In this document: positions 60,964 through 64,000 of the stretch, piece after piece
Numbering within the stretch: position 1 is the stretch's first letter
Layout of the letters: every line of letters begins with the position of its first letter
Source: an uncultured Rhodospirillaceae bacterium
GTDB taxonomy: Bacteria; Pseudomonadota; Alphaproteobacteria; GCA-2731375
Assembly (NCBI GenBank): GCA_964590195.1
Contig: CAZPWJ010000015.1
Span: forward strand, 4,494 to 68,493
DNA: 64,000 nt
Direction: 5' to 3'
The notes under the pieces: model-generated
The model's database searches: none
What the model saw: the letters and a program-made list of their open reading frames with translations, nothing else
Told to the model about the DNA's origin: nothing
Program-made: the position numbers and the translations under genes

Positions 60964-61728
60964 ATGTTGACCAAACGCGTCATTCCCTGTCTCGACGTCA
61001 AGGATGGCCGGGTGGTCAAGGGTGTCAACTTTGTCGATCTGGTCGATGCGGGCGATCCGGTGGAGCAGGCCAAGATTTACGACAAGGCCGGCGCCGACGA
61101 ACTGACATTCCTGGATATCACCGCATCATCGGATAACCGCGACATCATCTATGACGTGGTCAGCGCCACGGCGGAACATTGCTTCATGCCATTGACCGTG
61201 GGTGGCGGTGTCCGGGTGGTCGAAGACGTGCGCAAGCTGCTCCTGGCCGGCGCCGACAAGGTTTCCATCAACACCGCCGCCGTTAACCGACCGGAGTTCG
61301 TGGGCGAGGCGGCCTTGAAATTCGGCAACCAGTGCATTGTCGTCGCCATCGACGCCAAGCGCGACGGCCACGGCGGCTTCGAGGTCTTCACCCACGGCGG
61401 GCGCAACCCCACGGGTATCGAGGTAATCGGCTGGGCCCGGCGCATGGTGGAACTGGGGGCCGGTGAAATTCTGCTCACCTCAATGGACCGGGACGGCACC
61501 AAGTCGGGCTTCGACGTGGAATTGACCCGCGCCGTGGCCGATGCCATCAGCGTGCCCGTTATCGCCTCGGGCGGCGTCGGTACCTTGGATCATATGGTCG
61601 ACGGCATTGTAGAGGGCCATGCGGACGCGGTTTTGGCCGCCTCGATCTTTCATTTTGGCGAATATTCTATTACGGAAGCGAAACAGGCCATGCGCGCGGC
61701 GGGGCTACCGGTACGGTTGGAGGCTTAG
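60964..61728 (+). CDS. hisF: imidazole glycerol phosphate synthase cyclase subunit
   Basis: [23 protein letters not shown]-terminus typical of HisF. Confidence 0.9.
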   Translation: MLTKRVIPCLDVKDGRVVKGVNFVDLVDAGDPVEQAKIYDKAGADELTFLDITASSDNRDIIYDVVSATAEHCFMPLTVGGGVRVVEDVRKLLLAGADKVSINTAAVNRPEFVGEAALKFGNQCIVVAIDAKRDGHGGFEVFTHGGRNPTGIEVIGWARRMVELGAGEILLTSMDRDGTKSGFDVELTRAVADAISVPVIASGGVGTLDHMVDGIVEGHADAVLAASIFHFGEYSITEAKQAMRAAGLPVRLEA

Positions 61729-61729
61729 C

Positions 61730-62248
61730 GTGCCGACCCTGTACTTATTGCGCCATGGCAACGCCGGTTTTGGCGGCCCAGGGCAGCAGGATCGGGAGCG
61801 CGCATTGAATCCGGCGGGACGACAGGCTGCCACCTTGGTGGGGCGGTATCTGGCGCGATTGCCGGCGCGGCTCGATCTGGTCCTCTGTTCCGCCGCCGAG
61901 CGAACGCGGCAGACCTGGGCCCTAGTGGCGGCTGAACTGGACAATCCGCCCGAGGCGGAATTCGACGAAGCGCTTTATCTTTGTTCCGGCGCCGCACTGC
62001 GGCAACGGGTGGGCGGGCTACCCGAGACGGCGGAAAGCGTCATGATCATCGGTCATAATCCGGGGCTGCACGAAACCGCGTTGTTTTATAGCGGCGCCGG
62101 CGGCGGTGATGTGATAGGTCAGTTGCTGCTGGATTTCCCCCCCGCTGGCCTTGTCGGCCTAGAATTTGATCAACCCTGGGCGGCGGCAGCCCAGCAGGCA
62201 GCACATTTACGGTTTGTTGTCTCGCCCAAAGAGCTAACCGAGATCTAA
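61730..62248 (+). CDS. histidine phosphatase superfamily protein (SixA-like phosphohistidine phosphatase)
   Basis: A GTG start overlaps the hisF stop. LYLLRHGNAG (RHG catalytic motif) and IGHNPGLHE (second His); about 172 aa. Confidence 0.6.
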   Translation: MPTLYLLRHGNAGFGGPGQQDRERALNPAGRQAATLVGRYLARLPARLDLVLCSAAERTRQTWALVAAELDNPPEAEFDEALYLCSGAALRQRVGGLPETAESVMIIGHNPGLHETALFYSGAGGGDVIGQLLLDFPPAGLVGLEFDQPWAAAAQQAAHLRFVVSPKELTEI

Positions 62249-62270
62249 CTTCAATCCAACGAAAGCTTCC

Positions 62271-62633
62271 ATGATGTCAGAGCAAGAAACAGCGGACCCG
62301 GTACGGGGCAGTGAAATCCTCGACCAGCTCTATACAGTCATCGAACAACGGCGCGGCGCCGATCCGTCCGATTCCTGGACCGCCAAGCTGTTGCACAAGG
62401 GCGTGCCCAAGATCTGCCAAAAAGTCGGCGAGGAGGCCACCGAAGTCGTGGTCGCCGCCCTGGCGGAAAGCCGGGAAGAGCTGTTGGAGGAAAGCGCCGA
62501 TCTGCTGTATCACCTGCTTGTCCTATTGGCCGCCAAGGGCGTGCAGCCCGACGAGGTCTATGAGGTGCTGCGCCGCCGCCGCATTGAAATGGACATCAAG
62601 AAAAAGACGCAAAAGAAGCTCGAAAAGAAATAG
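62271..62633 (+). CDS. hisE: phosphoribosyl-ATP pyrophosphatase with Lys-rich C-terminal tail
   Basis: ILDQLYTVIEQRR...KLLHKGVPKICQKVGEEATEVVVAA is the HisE/MazG-like core, followed by an unusual RRRRIEMDIKKKTQKKLEKK tail. Confidence 0.85.
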   Translation: MMSEQETADPVRGSEILDQLYTVIEQRRGADPSDSWTAKLLHKGVPKICQKVGEEATEVVVAALAESREELLEESADLLYHLLVLLAAKGVQPDEVYEVLRRRRIEMDIKKKTQKKLEKK

Positions 62634-62663
62634 TTCGAAGAGAATTGGGGTAAATGACACGCC

Positions 62664-63032
62664 ATGGCCTATGACCAGAACAATATCTTCGCCCGCATCC
62701 TGCGCGGCGAGATTCCCTGCAAGAAAGTGCACGAGAACGAGCACGCCCTGGCCTTTCACGACATCAACCCGCAGATGCCCGTGCATGTTCTGGTGATCCC
62801 GAAGGGCCCCTACACCAATCTGGCCGAGTTCAACGCGGGCGCCACGGTGGAGGAAATGGGCGCCTTCATGCGGGCGGTGGCGGAAACCGCCAAGATCGTC
62901 GGCGTGGAAGAGTCAGGCTATCGCCTTGTCGCCAACAATGGCGAGGATGCGCACCAGGAAGTGCCGCATTTCCACATGCATATCTTTGGCGGCCGGCGCA
63001 TCATGGGCCGGATGATCAAAGCGCAGGACTAG
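62664..63032 (+). CDS. HIT-family (histidine triad) nucleotide-binding protein
   Basis: HVLVIPK and the C-terminal HFHMHIFGG histidine-triad motif. Confidence 0.85.
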   Translation: MAYDQNNIFARILRGEIPCKKVHENEHALAFHDINPQMPVHVLVIPKGPYTNLAEFNAGATVEEMGAFMRAVAETAKIVGVEESGYRLVANNGEDAHQEVPHFHMHIFGGRRIMGRMIKAQD

Positions 63033-63225
63033 GCCCGCCGAAAATTAGGGCGCACCCCGGTCCGCGTAGAATTGGCCTAGAATGTGGCAATTCCGCGAAA
63101 TTCTTACAACCAGGATCGACTTGTTCTCTTCCCGCAACAATTTTTCCGACAATATTTATGGTAGTTCAATTTCATAACATGAATTACCATAATCCTTGGG
63201 AGAAATTGGGGAAGGTGTCGTTGTT

Positions 63226-64000
63226 ATGTCATTTCAACAAGGCTCCGACGATGCGACGGTCGCCGGCACGCATGCGGGCAGACTAGCCGGCTCACGCCTC
63301 GATAGAATTTTCAAGCGTGGCGATGGTGTGACAAAGGGTTTGCATCTTCAATTTATCCTCTTCATCAGTTTCGTGTTGATCTCCGCCCTGCCGGTCGTCC
63401 TGCTTTCGATCTGGGATCAGCATGCCGCCTTGCGTGATGAATATGACTCGGTCAACGAAAAGCACCTGATCATTGCAAAAAACCTGAGCGGCGTGTTCGA
63501 GCGTTATGTTGGCGACGTAAAGGAAGGGTTTCGCTTTGCCGTCCTCGGCGCGGACAACAGCGAACCGAACCAAGCGTCACATCGTTTCCTAAAATCATTG
63601 AGTTTTTGTGATGTCAGCATTCTCGACGGCTCCAACGCCGTCATCCGCTCCTTGATGGAGCCCCACGACAGCAAGCCCCCCTATCCCAGCACAGAGGTGA
63701 TCGCGCGACTGCGTGATGCGGCCGGCCCGGCGAACGGCGATATCTTTGTCTCCAATATTATCCAGGACCGAGGAGCCCCCCTGTTCTTTGTCGTCATGGC
63801 GCTGGACCATTCGAGGATCGCGATTGGCAGCCTGACTACCGATTATATTCGCGAGATCCAACGGCAGATCGGCTTTGGCGAGCGTGGCCACTCCATGGTC
63901 GTCGATGCAAATGGTGTTGTCGTCGCCCATCCGAACGCGACATGGGAAGAGACATCGAAAGACGCCTCCAGGTTATCAGTGGTCGGCGCCATGATGCGCG
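63226..64000 (+). CDS. N-terminal part of a membrane sensor protein (TM + Cache-like periplasmic domain); CDS runs off window end
   Basis: Manual translation from ATG 63226 has no stop to the window end. It reads MSFQQGSDDATVAG...LQFILFISFVLISALPVVLLSIWDQHAALRDEYDSVNEKHLIIAKNLSGVFERYV...: a TM helix followed by a periplasmic sensing domain typical of MCPs or sensor kinases. It is absent from the ORF track. Confidence 0.45.
   Translation, partial: MSFQQGSDDATVAGTHAGRLAGSRLDRIFKRGDGVTKGLHLQFILFISFVLISALPVVLLSIWDQHAALRDEYDSVNEKHLIIAKNLSGVFERYVGDVKEGFRFAVLGADNSEPNQASHRFLKSLSFCDVSILDGSNAVIRSLMEPHDSKPPYPSTEVIARLRDAAGPANGDIFVSNIIQDRGAPLFFVVMALDHSRIAIGSLTTDYIREIQRQIGFGERGHSMVVDANGVVVAHPNATWEETSKDASRLSVVGAMMR

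Overview
High-GC (about 63-65%) chromosomal segment that looks alphaproteobacterial (Rhodospirillales-like gene order, e.g. hisB-DUF2628-hisH-hisA-hisF-hisE). All calls below come from reading the supplied translations and DNA; no database search was run. From start to end:
- A minus-strand amidase / GAF / PuuE-like deacetylase string, then a 1207-aa fused CydD-CydC-type ABC transporter.
- A roughly 20-kb cobalamin (B12) locus: cbtB-cbtA cobalt uptake; cobT, cobB, cbiD, cobK, cobM, a cbiG-cbiH fusion, cobI, cobL, cobH, long-form cbiX, cobD, cobQ, cobO, cobN, cobW; a well-supported cobalamin riboswitch upstream of cobW; a divergent His-rich NicO/RcnA-type Ni/Co transporter; and the threonine-phosphate decarboxylase gene.
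- A five-gene Dpp/Nik-type ABC importer operon.
- An approximately 7-kb accessory block: class-III cyclase, nitroreductase, two TauD/TfdA dioxygenases, an NtaA/DszA-type flavin monooxygenase, a DsbA-like isomerase and an MFS transporter.
- The most unusual gene: a secreted protein in which two arrays of Cys-Asn-Pro-Cys / Lys-rich tandem repeats are fused upstream of a cytochrome P460 domain. It sits divergently next to a periplasmic formylglycine-generating-enzyme (FGE/NirV-like) gene.
- A heme d1 / cd1 nitrite reductase locus in which nirS is reduced to a 122-codon remnant: an FNR/Dnr-type box, a signal-peptide-like N-terminus and the conserved NirS C-terminal strand. The nirE, nirC, nirF, nirD, nirL, nirG, nirH, nirJ, nirN genes behind it are intact, followed by a second CbiX/SirB-like chelatase and a hemerythrin-like gene carrying a perfect TTGAC-N4-GTCAA box.
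- Housekeeping: orphan sensor histidine kinase, hslVU, the his operon, a HIT protein and a partial Cache-type sensor.
No rRNA, tRNA, CRISPR array, transposase or integrase was recognised.
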